A stretch of 64,000 nt of DNA from an uncultured virus (IMG/VR IMGVR_UViG_3300042867_001762) (lineage: Duplodnaviria > Heunggongvirae > Uroviricota > Caudoviricetes): the IMG/VR virus record IMGVR_UViG_3300042867_001762; one strand, given 5' to 3'. Every line of letters starts with the position of its first letter. The stretch's first letter is position 1. The notes beneath the pieces are model-generated. The model saw only the letters and a program-made list of their open reading frames with translations, searched no databases and was not told the DNA's origin. A program made the translations under genes and the position numbers. Shown here piece by piece: positions 1-8,932 of this stretch.

Positions 1-230
1 TTTGTTTGCTCAGATAGAGCTGACCACGCACCATAAAGATAGCAGCATACGGGAGAAGCGTTGAATGCAACTCTATCTTCTATATCGGTTGCTGCCTTTT
101 TAAGAAATTGGTGCGTAAGCGAATTAGAGCAAATCCCATTATTTAGCCTAGAGATAAGCAGGTGCGCTCTCTCTGCTTCTTCCCAAAACTTAGGATTTTT
201 GGCATGAGAAAAGAAAGCAGATAGTCTCAT
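1..230 (-). CDS. hypothetical protein, truncated at window edge (MRLSAFFSHAKNPKFWEE...)
   Basis: Manual translation: ATG at 230, frame open to base 1; downstream of element copy 1. Confidence 0.5.
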   Translation of the reverse strand, partial: MRLSAFFSHAKNPKFWEEAERAHLLISRLNNGICSNSLTHQFLKKAATDIEDRVAFNASPVCCYLYGAWSALSEQT

Positions 231-274
231 CAAAAGTGGTACTCTTTGCAATTGTCACTCCGGGCTGTGCCCAG

Positions 275-314
275 CAGGATCGGGGGCGGCCGGTTTTAGG
301 CCGGCCGCCTCCTG
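275..314 (-). promoter_or_regulatory. CCTAAA-N13-GATCC hairpin element, copy 1 (putative phage promoter)
   Basis: + strand CAGGATC-gggggcggccggt-TTTAGG; stem GGCGGCCGG/CCGGCCGCC. Confidence 0.7.
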
Positions 315-1067
315 TTACTTCACTTGCCGCAGCGGCTCTAAAGTGGTAGAGTCTACGATATCAGACGCGAAGTCTAGAGCGCCTTCTTTTACCACAGAGA
401 ACCGGCATACTACTGCTTCCCTATACGGATGCATATATACGCCAATTACATCAGCAGGATTTATCTTCACCACTAGTGTTTTGCCAACAAATCCAGAGTT
501 GGTATAAGCCTTGCCACCAGCCGACAATCCGCGCTCTGGACCTTTCTTGGAATGCCTAGAGATTTTGTTTCTCGGGTACTCAACTGTTTTGCCTGGCGAG
601 CAATCAAAGATTCCGTGATCCGCATCAAGGCCATCCACTGTTGCAAGCTTATACGCTAAGAAACATCCATCTTCCGTAATAGGCAGATTTTCGATACTTA
701 GCAGCGACTCGATCTCGCTATGTGCCCGTGTAGATGGATTTGCAAGGCAGTTGGTAGCGAATCGAGCTATTACTTCCCAGGGAAGACCTCGACTCATGCA
801 TGACTTGAGAAGCGACTCTAGCTTGCTGCCAAGGCGCAGCCCTTCAAATGAAAGGCTGCCGTCTTCTTCAAAGCTAAGCTCATTATTAGAGTATTTCTTA
901 ATGGCTCCTCGCGGATCCATTATCTCTCTAAGCGTTGAGATGTCACTGCTTTTAAGGGCATCAAGAGCTTCCTGGTATCTGGCAGAACTCTTGTGCAGCA
1001 TCTTTGGACCGTCGTCAAAGACAACGGTTATGCCTGAGTTGGAAACGATATGTGAAAGCATTTTCAA
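315..1067 (-). CDS. rIIB: rIIB-like lysis-inhibition/membrane protector protein
   Basis: LPITEDGCFLAYK, DCSPGKTVEYPR and VVKINPADV motifs typical of rIIB; coupled downstream of rIIA. Confidence 0.8.
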   Translation of the reverse strand: MKMLSHIVSNSGITVVFDDGPKMLHKSSARYQEALDALKSSDISTLREIMDPRGAIKKYSNNELSFEEDGSLSFEGLRLGSKLESLLKSCMSRGLPWEVIARFATNCLANPSTRAHSEIESLLSIENLPITEDGCFLAYKLATVDGLDADHGIFDCSPGKTVEYPRNKISRHSKKGPERGLSAGGKAYTNSGFVGKTLVVKINPADVIGVYMHPYREAVVCRFSVVKEGALDFASDIVDSTTLEPLRQVK

Positions 1068-3196
1068 TTACCCGCAGCAAGAACTGTTTTCATGTAATTT
1101 ACTACTGTTGGCTCGTGGCCGCCACGAGCCAAATCCCACATATTGACAAGTCGCAGCATCGGGAATGTCTCGAGGATAGCAATATAAGTCTCTTTTGGAA
1201 CGTCAGAAATGTACTCGCCTCGACCGATGCCAAGGCTACGACCCAGGCGAGACGATAGAAGAATGCCTAGCTTTTTCGAAGCAGCGCTGCCTTCTGTTGT
1301 CTCTGGGTCGAAGAACATTGGAGCGCCGGCCTTCTTGGCAAAGACCATTATGCGCTTTTGCTCGCCAGACATGTTGATTGAATCGAATAGGCCGGCCTGC
1401 TCCTGAAACCGCGTACCAGCCTCGCGCAATACGTCCGACAGCAGAAGGCAGCCGTCTTCCTTAGCCTTATCCAGATCTGCGGTGCGCACGCCAAGCAGGC
1501 ATGCGTTTACTGGAAGAACACCGGCTGTAACCAGGTGATCAAAGTCCGCTGCGAGATTGCGCGGCTCAGGATTATCTCCAAAACCTTTTGGTGCGAAACT
1601 CTCGATCTGGATAATAAGATTTAGCCTGTTGGCGTCGAACTCTACTGTATTCCAGTTCTTGCTTTTGGCCGAACGGTCAAAAGAGTTGCGAACAGGCGTC
1701 AGATAGATAGCGGCTCGCTTGGCCGCGTCTACCTTCGTAGGAGCACGCCGAGCGCGAACAAGTGGCTTGTCTTCGTCTTCGGTAGAGTCGGCGATCTCAG
1801 GATCTTCGCACTGGCTAGCAAGCACGAACAGATCGCCATTGATATTATTCTCCATCCACTTCTTGGCGCCATCTACCTTGGTAGGTGCTGGCACAAGAAT
1901 AGTTACGCTAGCGCGCGTCTGCGCCGCAAGGTACTTTGCGCGTGACACGCAAACAGCACGGTCAGTGTCCATGAGCACGATGAAATTGTTCAGAGGGTTG
2001 ATGCGCTCCTTACTCAGCACATCCATGGGACGAGCGGCGAAACGGCTGCCAGAACGATATACCTCGATAACAGAGGCAAAGCAATGATCATCAATGCATG
2101 GCCGAGCTTCCCACGTCTTGCCCTGCCAGATGATCTTGTCACTAGATACGATGCTCTCGATACCACTGTTCGAGATATACTGTAGCTCATTCGCCTTGCG
2201 CAGAGCTGCCTTAAGATTTGTCTCTGCGAGCACAGCGGCATTTACCTTGGCATTTGCGCGATCACGCACGCCAGTCAGCTTGCGGATGATGGCCTTAGTA
2301 GTAGAGTCCTTGTATTCCAGGGCTTCGCGGCTGGCGGCCATCTGTAGCTCGCCAATCTCAAAATGCATGACAAGGTTAGAACAGCGCCAACGCAGCCATT
2401 CGCTGTCCTGCTGATTCAGGCGATTAACATTTCCTTTTGTATCGTACTGATCAAAAAGCATCTTTGAGATATCTACGGGATAGCCAACGTTGCCCATGAT
2501 GGCCATCGGATCAGATTGGCGATCTTTTATGATCTTTACGTCACCAAGATCAATAGAAATAGTCGGCTGCTCAATGCTGACCTGGGCTCCAATAATCTCC
2601 GGTTTGATGCGAAACCAGCGATATAGATCGCGGGCGCGACTATGGAAGTCGCCTACGTCGGATGAATCTACCGGAATAACAATCTCGACACCGGTCTCTA
2701 GCGTCGGCTCACGAGCCAGCTCGCTAACTTCGCCGAGACCGCTCTCGTCCAGAAAAACGCTGTAGGAGATCTTCGTGCCGTTGCAGTGTGAATTGATCTG
2801 CCAGAAGTCCGTGTAAGCGAATGCCGACTTGCTACCGAATCCCATCTGACCATTGAATGCATTCGAGTTGCGCTTTGTTGAAGCGCCATACATGCAATAG
2901 ACTTCGCGGATACCCTCCTCGTCCAAACCTTTGCCGAAGTCACGAACCCGGAAGAACAGATCATTGTGATTGGGCAGCGTGATGCGAATAGGCTGATCAG
3001 GGATGCCAGCGTCAATATGCGCATCGCAAGCGTTGGTAGCATACTCGCGGCAAACCGCGAGCACCTTGTCAGAATAAAGCTTGCTACGGAGCACGGAAAA
3101 GATGTGCACCATATCTGACGCACTCTTGATGCCGAACTTTGAGGAGTTAAAGTTGCCGTTGCGCTCTACATCGAAACCATTGCTATCTTGCTTCAT
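1064..3196 (-). CDS. rIIA: rIIA-like protein with N-terminal GHKL/HSP90-type ATPase domain
   Basis: LYSDKVLAVCREYATNACDAH, VRDFGKGL, STKRNSN..GQMGFGSKSAFAY; adjacent rIIB. Confidence 0.88.
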   Translation of the reverse strand: MKQDSNGFDVERNGNFNSSKFGIKSASDMVHIFSVLRSKLYSDKVLAVCREYATNACDAHIDAGIPDQPIRITLPNHNDLFFRVRDFGKGLDEEGIREVYCMYGASTKRNSNAFNGQMGFGSKSAFAYTDFWQINSHCNGTKISYSVFLDESGLGEVSELAREPTLETGVEIVIPVDSSDVGDFHSRARDLYRWFRIKPEIIGAQVSIEQPTISIDLGDVKIIKDRQSDPMAIMGNVGYPVDISKMLFDQYDTKGNVNRLNQQDSEWLRWRCSNLVMHFEIGELQMAASREALEYKDSTTKAIIRKLTGVRDRANAKVNAAVLAETNLKAALRKANELQYISNSGIESIVSSDKIIWQGKTWEARPCIDDHCFASVIEVYRSGSRFAARPMDVLSKERINPLNNFIVLMDTDRAVCVSRAKYLAAQTRASVTILVPAPTKVDGAKKWMENNINGDLFVLASQCEDPEIADSTEDEDKPLVRARRAPTKVDAAKRAAIYLTPVRNSFDRSAKSKNWNTVEFDANRLNLIIQIESFAPKGFGDNPEPRNLAADFDHLVTAGVLPVNACLLGVRTADLDKAKEDGCLLLSDVLREAGTRFQEQAGLFDSINMSGEQKRIMVFAKKAGAPMFFDPETTEGSAASKKLGILLSSRLGRSLGIGRGEYISDVPKETYIAILETFPMLRLVNMWDLARGGHEPTVVNYMKTVLAAGN

Positions 3197-3200
3197 TTTG

Positions 3201-3527
3201 TCAAGTCCTCAGTTCATTAAAATCTGCAAAGTGTACAGGATTCCCATCACGATCAAAACACTCGGTAGTCATCGTGCCGGGGGCGGTTTGAGTTATTTGT
3301 GCTATTTGACCAGAATCATAAAACAGCGTTTCATGAGTCGCGTCGCTTGAGTATGTCTTTAGTTTGCGCAGTGCGCAGTAATATTTGGCAAAAGGACTGC
3401 CATCATCATTTAGCCATACAATAGCTTCGCGAACATGCTTCGGGTCCAGTGAAATATTGAGCCTTGTCGGCTTGCGGTTACAACTCTGCGTTATGCTTTC
3501 GATTAGCTCTGCCAGCCACAGCTTCAT
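3201..3527 (-). CDS. hypothetical protein (MKL N-terminus)
   Basis: ORF track; packed between GP88-like gene and rIIA. Confidence 0.6.
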   Translation of the reverse strand: MKLWLAELIESITQSCNRKPTRLNISLDPKHVREAIVWLNDDGSPFAKYYCALRKLKTYSSDATHETLFYDSGQIAQITQTAPGTMTTECFDRDGNPVHFADFNELRT

Positions 3528-4232
3528 TCAGTGTGCTCGGAATGCAACGTGGCGGGTCGTGCGATTATCAGTGCACAGACGGCACTTCTCGCACGCACCT
3601 GCCGTTTCCAGCTTGCCCACCGTCGCAGGGCAGAAGAATGAATTATCAGGCTTGTCTTCGCCTTTGTTGATCGGGCCGTATGCATGACGGAAGAAAGTGT
3701 GCGCGGCAACAAAAGCCGTGGCGGCTTCGCTGTTAGCTGAGTCCGTGCTGGCCCAACAAGTGACATTTGGCAGACTCTTCATTGCAGAGAAATTTAGATT
3801 AAACGAGCGAGTGTAGAACCAGAATTGCGTATTGGGGCGCGCAGCAATTGCCTCAGCCCACACATCTACATACCACTGTGAAAAGAAGTCGCCGGATTCG
3901 TGGATGCGGAACAACTGCTGCTTTTCTGGGATGATAGCGAGCAGCGCACGAACAGCGCCTTCATTGTCCCCGTTGCTCTCGAAGTGCCGGAGTAGCGCCC
4001 AATTCTTGGCAAGCAGATTCTGTACCGCTGGCCAGGTATGGTTGCCCTTTTTGGCATAGCACTTGCTGGCACAGACCTCGGTTTCGCCAATGCAGGCAAA
4101 AGCTTTGCCAGCAGGAATGGCGAATGCATTGTTTTTCTTTAGAGAAATCTTGGCAGGGCTAGAGGCCCGCAAGCCCTCGGGGAGATCGCCATTGTCAAGG
4201 ATTTTGAGGATGTTAGAGGTATACTTGCTCAT
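3528..4232 (-). CDS. phage GP88-like protein (Cys cluster, radical-SAM-like)
   Basis: C-IGETEV-C-ASK-CYA, FRIHESGDFFS, FWFYTR, C-terminal CP..C..C..C. Confidence 0.75.
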   Translation of the reverse strand: MSKYTSNILKILDNGDLPEGLRASSPAKISLKKNNAFAIPAGKAFACIGETEVCASKCYAKKGNHTWPAVQNLLAKNWALLRHFESNGDNEGAVRALLAIIPEKQQLFRIHESGDFFSQWYVDVWAEAIAARPNTQFWFYTRSFNLNFSAMKSLPNVTCWASTDSANSEAATAFVAAHTFFRHAYGPINKGEDKPDNSFFCPATVGKLETAGACEKCRLCTDNRTTRHVAFRAH

Positions 4233-4286
4233 GGGTTATCCGTGGTAAGGGGTAGGGTCAGGCTAGCAATAAACTGGAAAGAACGT

Positions 4287-4934
4287 ATGGATTTTGTGCT
4301 GTTTAAATCAGCGGCGGAAGCTCAGGAATGCTCTCAGTGTCACATTTCTTTTGTGCCTCGTCATTCTGCATTGTGGAAGCTGCGCAACGGTTTAACTAAA
4401 AAGCTGTTTTGTTCACGGGATTGCCGTGTCCTGAATTATCAGCGCCGGATCACTATGCCTTGCAAGATCTGCAATAAGCCTGTGACGCGACTGATGTCTG
4501 AGCACCGCAAGTCCAAGAGCGGCAATATCTTTTGCTCGCCAGAGTGCGGGACGATCTGGTCAAACTACGTAGGCAAGAAATTCAATACCCGCTCTATATT
4601 AGAGACTCAGCTAGAGGAATTTATTAAGGAGCAGTTTCCTGGGATCGAAGTTCTGTTCGGCGATAACAGTGCTATCGGAGCTGAGATCGACATCTATTTC
4701 CCTCAGCTAAAGCTCGGCATTGAGATCCACGGCGCTTACCACTACTATCCGGTACGTGGCGACTGGGGCAAGTTCATAAAGACTCTTAGGAATGATGCTC
4801 GTAAAACGCGCATGGCCAAGGATGCCGGCATCAAGCTTTATGTACTGAATGCCAGTCAGTTGCGGGGCAAGCGAGCCCTTGAGGCATATCGCCCACAAGT
4901 GGGCGACCTGCTGGTACAAATGCTGCCCAAATAA
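4287..4934 (+). CDS. putative free-standing endonuclease: Zn-binding repeats plus Vsr/DUF559-like PD-(D/E)XK domain
   Basis: Two CxxC...FCSxxC repeats, then EIDIYFPQLKLGIEIHGAYHY...D..K; opposite strand to neighbours; start moved to ATG 4287. Confidence 0.7.
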   Translation: MDFVLFKSAAEAQECSQCHISFVPRHSALWKLRNGLTKKLFCSRDCRVLNYQRRITMPCKICNKPVTRLMSEHRKSKSGNIFCSPECGTIWSNYVGKKFNTRSILETQLEEFIKEQFPGIEVLFGDNSAIGAEIDIYFPQLKLGIEIHGAYHYYPVRGDWGKFIKTLRNDARKTRMAKDAGIKLYVLNASQLRGKRALEAYRPQVGDLLVQMLPK

Positions 4935-4962
4935 AAAGAGCGCCTTGCAGCGCTCTTTTTTT
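4933..4962. terminator. bidirectional intrinsic terminator
   Basis: AAAAAGAGCGC-cttgca-GCGCTCTTTTTTT between convergent genes. Confidence 0.85.
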
Positions 4963-5735
4963 CACATTCCGCGCGGGGGCTTTGGCGGCCCTTTGCCCTC
5001 TACCTCTCCTGGCAAGAAATCCATTTCTCCAGGGGCTTTCGCTTTGAAATAGTCAGGCGGCAGCGACTTAAACTCATTATCGGCAACCATAGTGGTAGAA
5101 TCCTTGCCAAATGGATCCTTCTTCATATCAAGGGCGAATAGATGCGCATCGCCCTTGATTTCATTTAGGCGCGCAAACATATCACTCCAGCTTGCAAGCG
5201 GCCCGCCTTTACCGGCCTTATTTAAGAAGTCCAGAATCTGCTGACCAGTTGCCTGGCCAGAAGCCGGGACAGTAAATGGAGCTGGCCGACCTATATCAGT
5301 ATAGAGCTTTGCAATCTGCTCCATCTGCTGACGAGCTTTCTCGTGCTGATCTTTTACTGATGGAGCCTTGTTCGCATCCTGATAAACCTTCGTTTTGACA
5401 ACTGATTTAAAGGCGTCATCTACTTCTTTAGAAGTTGGAGGAACAAGATGGCCTTTGTCTTTAACGAAGTCGGGATTTGCTGCCAAGAACTTCTTCTTAT
5501 CCTCATCAGATAGTTTCTTGTACTCTTCGTACTTTCTGATGAACATTATGCCTCTGTTAGGCACAAAGACGGGTGGCGCTTCAAAATCTTTGATCATTGG
5601 AGCAACGGCTTCAGGGTCTCCGCCATCTGCTGCAAAAGTCTTGATTATTCCGTCAATCTGATTGGCTACTTCGGCGTGGCCGGCGGTGTCTGCTTCGTCT
5701 GCCAATGCAGCAAGCTTATTAAGGATTTCCTTCAT
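4962..5735 (-). CDS. hypothetical protein with shared N-terminal leader (putative virion-internal protein)
   Basis: MKEILNKLAALADEADTAGHAEVANQIDGII matches N-termini of the ORFs starting at 29429, 41616 and 44593. Confidence 0.7.
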   Translation of the reverse strand: MKEILNKLAALADEADTAGHAEVANQIDGIIKTFAADGGDPEAVAPMIKDFEAPPVFVPNRGIMFIRKYEEYKKLSDEDKKKFLAANPDFVKDKGHLVPPTSKEVDDAFKSVVKTKVYQDANKAPSVKDQHEKARQQMEQIAKLYTDIGRPAPFTVPASGQATGQQILDFLNKAGKGGPLASWSDMFARLNEIKGDAHLFALDMKKDPFGKDSTTMVADNEFKSLPPDYFKAKAPGEMDFLPGEVEGKGPPKPPRGM

Positions 5736-5763
5736 TTTTACCTCTGAGATAGTAAATATTGCC

Positions 5764-5916
5764 TCAAATTTTAGGCTTATTAGTAGCGACTAGGACAAAC
5801 ATTCTTGTGCTAGGGATATTCGTACTTACCCTGACTATCTCGTAAGACCGCGGAACTTCGTCATTTTTATTTAGTTTTTCACAAAACTTGCGTAGCTTTT
5901 TCAGCAGGCTGCTCAT
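5764..5916 (-). CDS. small hypothetical protein (50 aa, MSSLLKKLRKF...)
   Basis: Manual translation, below ORF-track cutoff, fills a gap. Confidence 0.35.
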   Translation of the reverse strand: MSSLLKKLRKFCEKLNKNDEVPRSYEIVRVSTNIPSTRMFVLVATNKPKI

Positions 5917-6039
5917 TATTCTTCAACCTATTCTTCTTCTTTTTACCCAGAAACACCACCGGAGGTATATCCCTCTTTGGTGCAAAACTCTTTATAATGG
6001 CAACCCAAAGCGTTGTATTAACTCTTGTAAAGCGAGATC

Positions 6040-6597
6040 TCAAAGGGTTATCCAATCTTTAAGCTTGGGGTTGCGAGTCCAGTCTATCAACGAGCGATGA
6101 CTAGTCCGCACATATTTTAGCCAGGGTGAATGTGCCATGCCGCCATATTCTAGGGCATCAATAACTCTAACCCAGTCGGCTCTGTCGCGCGAGTAGTCTG
6201 CGATCACATCTACATATATCTGTTCGTGATCGGGTGTGCGATACGTATACAGGCGCCTGCCGGGCCACATACGTGCCATATTCTCTATAATTTCATCACG
6301 TACTCTGCCTGGCCGCCAGCCTGATACAGCCAGCGATGGCAGAAAATACTCTGGATAGCTGCCGCGATCTGTTATAAGAAAGTCGGTGCAAAACAGCACA
6401 GGACCATTTTTGTCGGCAGCATCCCGCAGAGCTTTGAGGATAAGGCGATCATCGCCTAGATTTTTGCAAAAGAGCAGGCATTCTGGTTCTCCATAAGTTA
6501 CCGAGTATATGCCTGCTTCTAATGCAATTCCAAAAGCAGGGGGCTTGTTGCCAACTAGATATGCTAGCTGCCAAGCTGGGTGTCCGGTATTTGACAT
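6040..6597 (-). CDS. hypothetical protein
   Basis: 185-aa ORF in gene-dense minus-strand block. Confidence 0.6.
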   Translation of the reverse strand: MSNTGHPAWQLAYLVGNKPPAFGIALEAGIYSVTYGEPECLLFCKNLGDDRLILKALRDAADKNGPVLFCTDFLITDRGSYPEYFLPSLAVSGWRPGRVRDEIIENMARMWPGRRLYTYRTPDHEQIYVDVIADYSRDRADWVRVIDALEYGGMAHSPWLKYVRTSHRSLIDWTRNPKLKDWITL

Positions 6598-6615
6598 GCA
6601 ACAAGCCCCCTTGTC

Positions 6616-6825
6616 TCAGGTACGCTTTACGTCTTCAAGCTTCTCTTGCAGAGCCTTCTGCGCCCATGCAATATCCCGCTGGATAGCGGACAGATGGCCT
6701 GGATCAGCATTGCGCAGCTCCGCAAAGAGCTCCTTCTCCAGACGCTTAAGCTCATGAAACTGCATACCACGAAGATAAGATGTCTTCATTTTATTCCTAT
6801 TAAACAAGGCCTCTGCTGGCTGCAC
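6616..6825 (-). CDS. small coiled-coil hypothetical protein
   Basis: ORF track; first gene after element copy 2; start uncertain. Confidence 0.5.
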   Translation of the reverse strand: MQPAEALFNRNKMKTSYLRGMQFHELKRLEKELFAELRNADPGHLSAIQRDIAWAQKALQEKLEDVKRT

Positions 6826-6873
6826 AAGCAGAATTACTGTGCAACCCCGGTGGCTGGCCGCGCCGCCCGTAGT

Positions 6874-7620
6874 TCAGGATCGGGCGGGGTCGACTTTAGG
6901 CCCGGCCCGCCCATCCAATTCAGATATAGTTCGCTTTAACTCGGAGAAGGCCGCTTGACTCAGCTGCGAGTATAGCGCGGTACTGGTCCAGCGACTGCGC
7001 TGAATATGCTCGCCTGCAACATCGCTCCAGACCTGCTGCTTTTCCTTATACCAAATTCGCCCATATTTAAAGTCTTCGGGCATGCCATTGTAATCTATTC
7101 CCGCGTCTGCAAGCATCTGTAGCTTTTCCGCGCTGTTCCTGCAATGCAGAGACTTGGCAGAAAAGTGCTCGCCGGCTAGCTGACTAACACTATTCTTGAA
7201 GCCAGACTTCAGCCGGGAAGCAAGATAATCAGGCATTTGATCTGCTGTGCAGTCGAATGCTCGCCCATCAAACAGCGCGGATTTGCCTAGCGCGAGAGAA
7301 AATGCGGTGCCTGCCGCCGAAGCACCAATACTGCATACCTTGGATTCTTTGCCGCCAAACGGCAGCTGAGATCCGGCCTCTGGACGTGCTATAAAAAAAG
7401 CACTTATCTCGTCCGAAACTTGATACACAAAGTCAGGAGTAAGATGCTTGATTATGCAGTCGGTTGCTGCGTGCATGCTTTGACAGATGCTATTGTCAAA
7501 AGGGGCAACAAATTCAGGAGACCGAACAAGACGAGAGAAGCCTTTGCCATCAAACCTGGCAACAAAGCTGTTTCGAAATGTCCGTGCCCCTGCGCCTTCT
7601 GCGTCTGAATTCCAGGTCAT
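6874..7620 (-). CDS. tRNA(His) guanylyltransferase Thg1-like protein
   Basis: ARFDGKGFSRL, YQVSDEIS, FGGK..KV, FDGRAF motifs. Confidence 0.88.
   Translation of the reverse strand: MTWNSDAEGAGARTFRNSFVARFDGKGFSRLVRSPEFVAPFDNSICQSMHAATDCIIKHLTPDFVYQVSDEISAFFIARPEAGSQLPFGGKESKVCSIGASAAGTAFSLALGKSALFDGRAFDCTADQMPDYLASRLKSGFKNSVSQLAGEHFSAKSLHCRNSAEKLQMLADAGIDYNGMPEDFKYGRIWYKEKQQVWSDVAGEHIQRSRWTSTALYSQLSQAAFSELKRTISELDGRAGPKVDPARS
6875..6916 (-). promoter_or_regulatory. CCTAAA-N13-GATCC element, copy 2
   Basis: CAGGATC-gggcggggtcgac-TTTAGG; overlaps 3' end of the Thg1 ORF. Confidence 0.7.
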
Positions 7621-7623
7621 ACT

Positions 7624-8925
7624 TCACTCAAAATTCTTAAGATGATGGACATTGGACTCGGGATGGATGCCGTAGTCGCGTGAGCCGCCCTCTGTCAGGA
7701 ACCAGTGCCAGCGCTTTGGCTTTTCTGGTCGAACAGTATCGCCATAACCATCACTCAGTACCCAGACTGCATCGGGATAGCAAGTGCTCTTGTCAGCCAT
7801 TTCTTTTTGAATCCGTCTCTCGATAATAGAGAAAGCAGTACCACCGCCACCATAGACTTTGGCGCTCTTTAGATCTGTGTCATAAACTCTGGTATCGAAG
7901 CAGTATAGCTTGATGTCAAACTTGCGTGGATCCAGGGTACCAGCTGCACGAAAAAACCTGGTGGCATAGCTAATACAGCTACCGCTTGTATCCAGAAAAA
8001 ACGATACACGAATCCTGTTCTTTCCGTCGCCTTCCTGCTCGCCGGGAGAAGGCAAGATACAGTCACCCATCATATTGGGATCAAGCCTGCGCGAAGGCTG
8101 CGTCCAGCTAGGAACTTCTGCATATTCCTCTAGTGCTCGCATCGACCATTTCTTGACAACAGTCTCCCACTTTGGCTTGCGACGCAGATATTTAGCAGAA
8201 GTAATCTCGAGCACAGTATTGCCAGGATTGTTGCCGGGCTTAATGCCTTTGCTAACAGCAGCGGCTTTCTTCTTCATATCATCGCTGGCGTCATCTTGGG
8301 CCATATCTGCTAGGTCTTCTGTAGTACCAGAGTCAAGCGTGCGCTTTAGCATATCAGCTAGATCGCCGCCCGTAAAGTCGCCTAGTCCGCCGTGATCATC
8401 AACAGTCGTAGGATCTCCGTCGCCACTCTTTGACTGGCACTGCGGATTGTCTTTTAGCAGAGCCTCTACATAGTACTCAAAAGCTCGTCCAGCTTGTTCT
8501 CCGGGCAGTACCTCGTCTAACCAAATATAGCGCACGCCGGGCGGCTCTACTGCCGCGCGCTCGAAACCATAGTGACTCTCAAGATGAGAGTTGACTGCGA
8601 TATCCATCGCAACGTTAATGATCTGAGGATCTATGTTCTTAAGCATTTCGGTACTGCGCACGCCATGGCTAAAAACAACATGCATACACTCGTGCGCAAT
8701 TGCAAACAGCTTGCCATCGTCTGAAAGCGTTTCCCAGAAGTCAGGATTAACAGACCACATGATCTGCTGCCCGGCCTTGTCAAATGCTACCGCGCAAGTA
8801 GGGATGTCGCGAGTAACAGTCGGCTTGCCCATGGACCAGAACTTTGAAAAAACCGAGTGAAAATCCTCTAGCCTCTTGGCCAGCGAGTTCCACTCGTCAT
8901 CCGAAAATACTTCTTCCATGGGCAA
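7624..8925 (-). CDS. DUF2201-type metallopeptidase-like plus vWA domain protein (MoxR partner)
   Basis: HECMH HExxH motif, NVAMDIAVN, DTSGS MIDAS, GGGT, SDGY. Confidence 0.85.
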   Translation of the reverse strand: MPMEEVFSDDEWNSLAKRLEDFHSVFSKFWSMGKPTVTRDIPTCAVAFDKAGQQIMWSVNPDFWETLSDDGKLFAIAHECMHVVFSHGVRSTEMLKNIDPQIINVAMDIAVNSHLESHYGFERAAVEPPGVRYIWLDEVLPGEQAGRAFEYYVEALLKDNPQCQSKSGDGDPTTVDDHGGLGDFTGGDLADMLKRTLDSGTTEDLADMAQDDASDDMKKKAAAVSKGIKPGNNPGNTVLEITSAKYLRRKPKWETVVKKWSMRALEEYAEVPSWTQPSRRLDPNMMGDCILPSPGEQEGDGKNRIRVSFFLDTSGSCISYATRFFRAAGTLDPRKFDIKLYCFDTRVYDTDLKSAKVYGGGGTAFSIIERRIQKEMADKSTCYPDAVWVLSDGYGDTVRPEKPKRWHWFLTEGGSRDYGIHPESNVHHLKNFE

Positions 8926-8932
8926 GCTCCTG

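Noticed and set aside
5770..5776. Isolated TTTAGG hexamers (also near 15515 and 55306)
   Set aside because: No GATC 13 nt away and no GC-rich stem; not counted as element copies.
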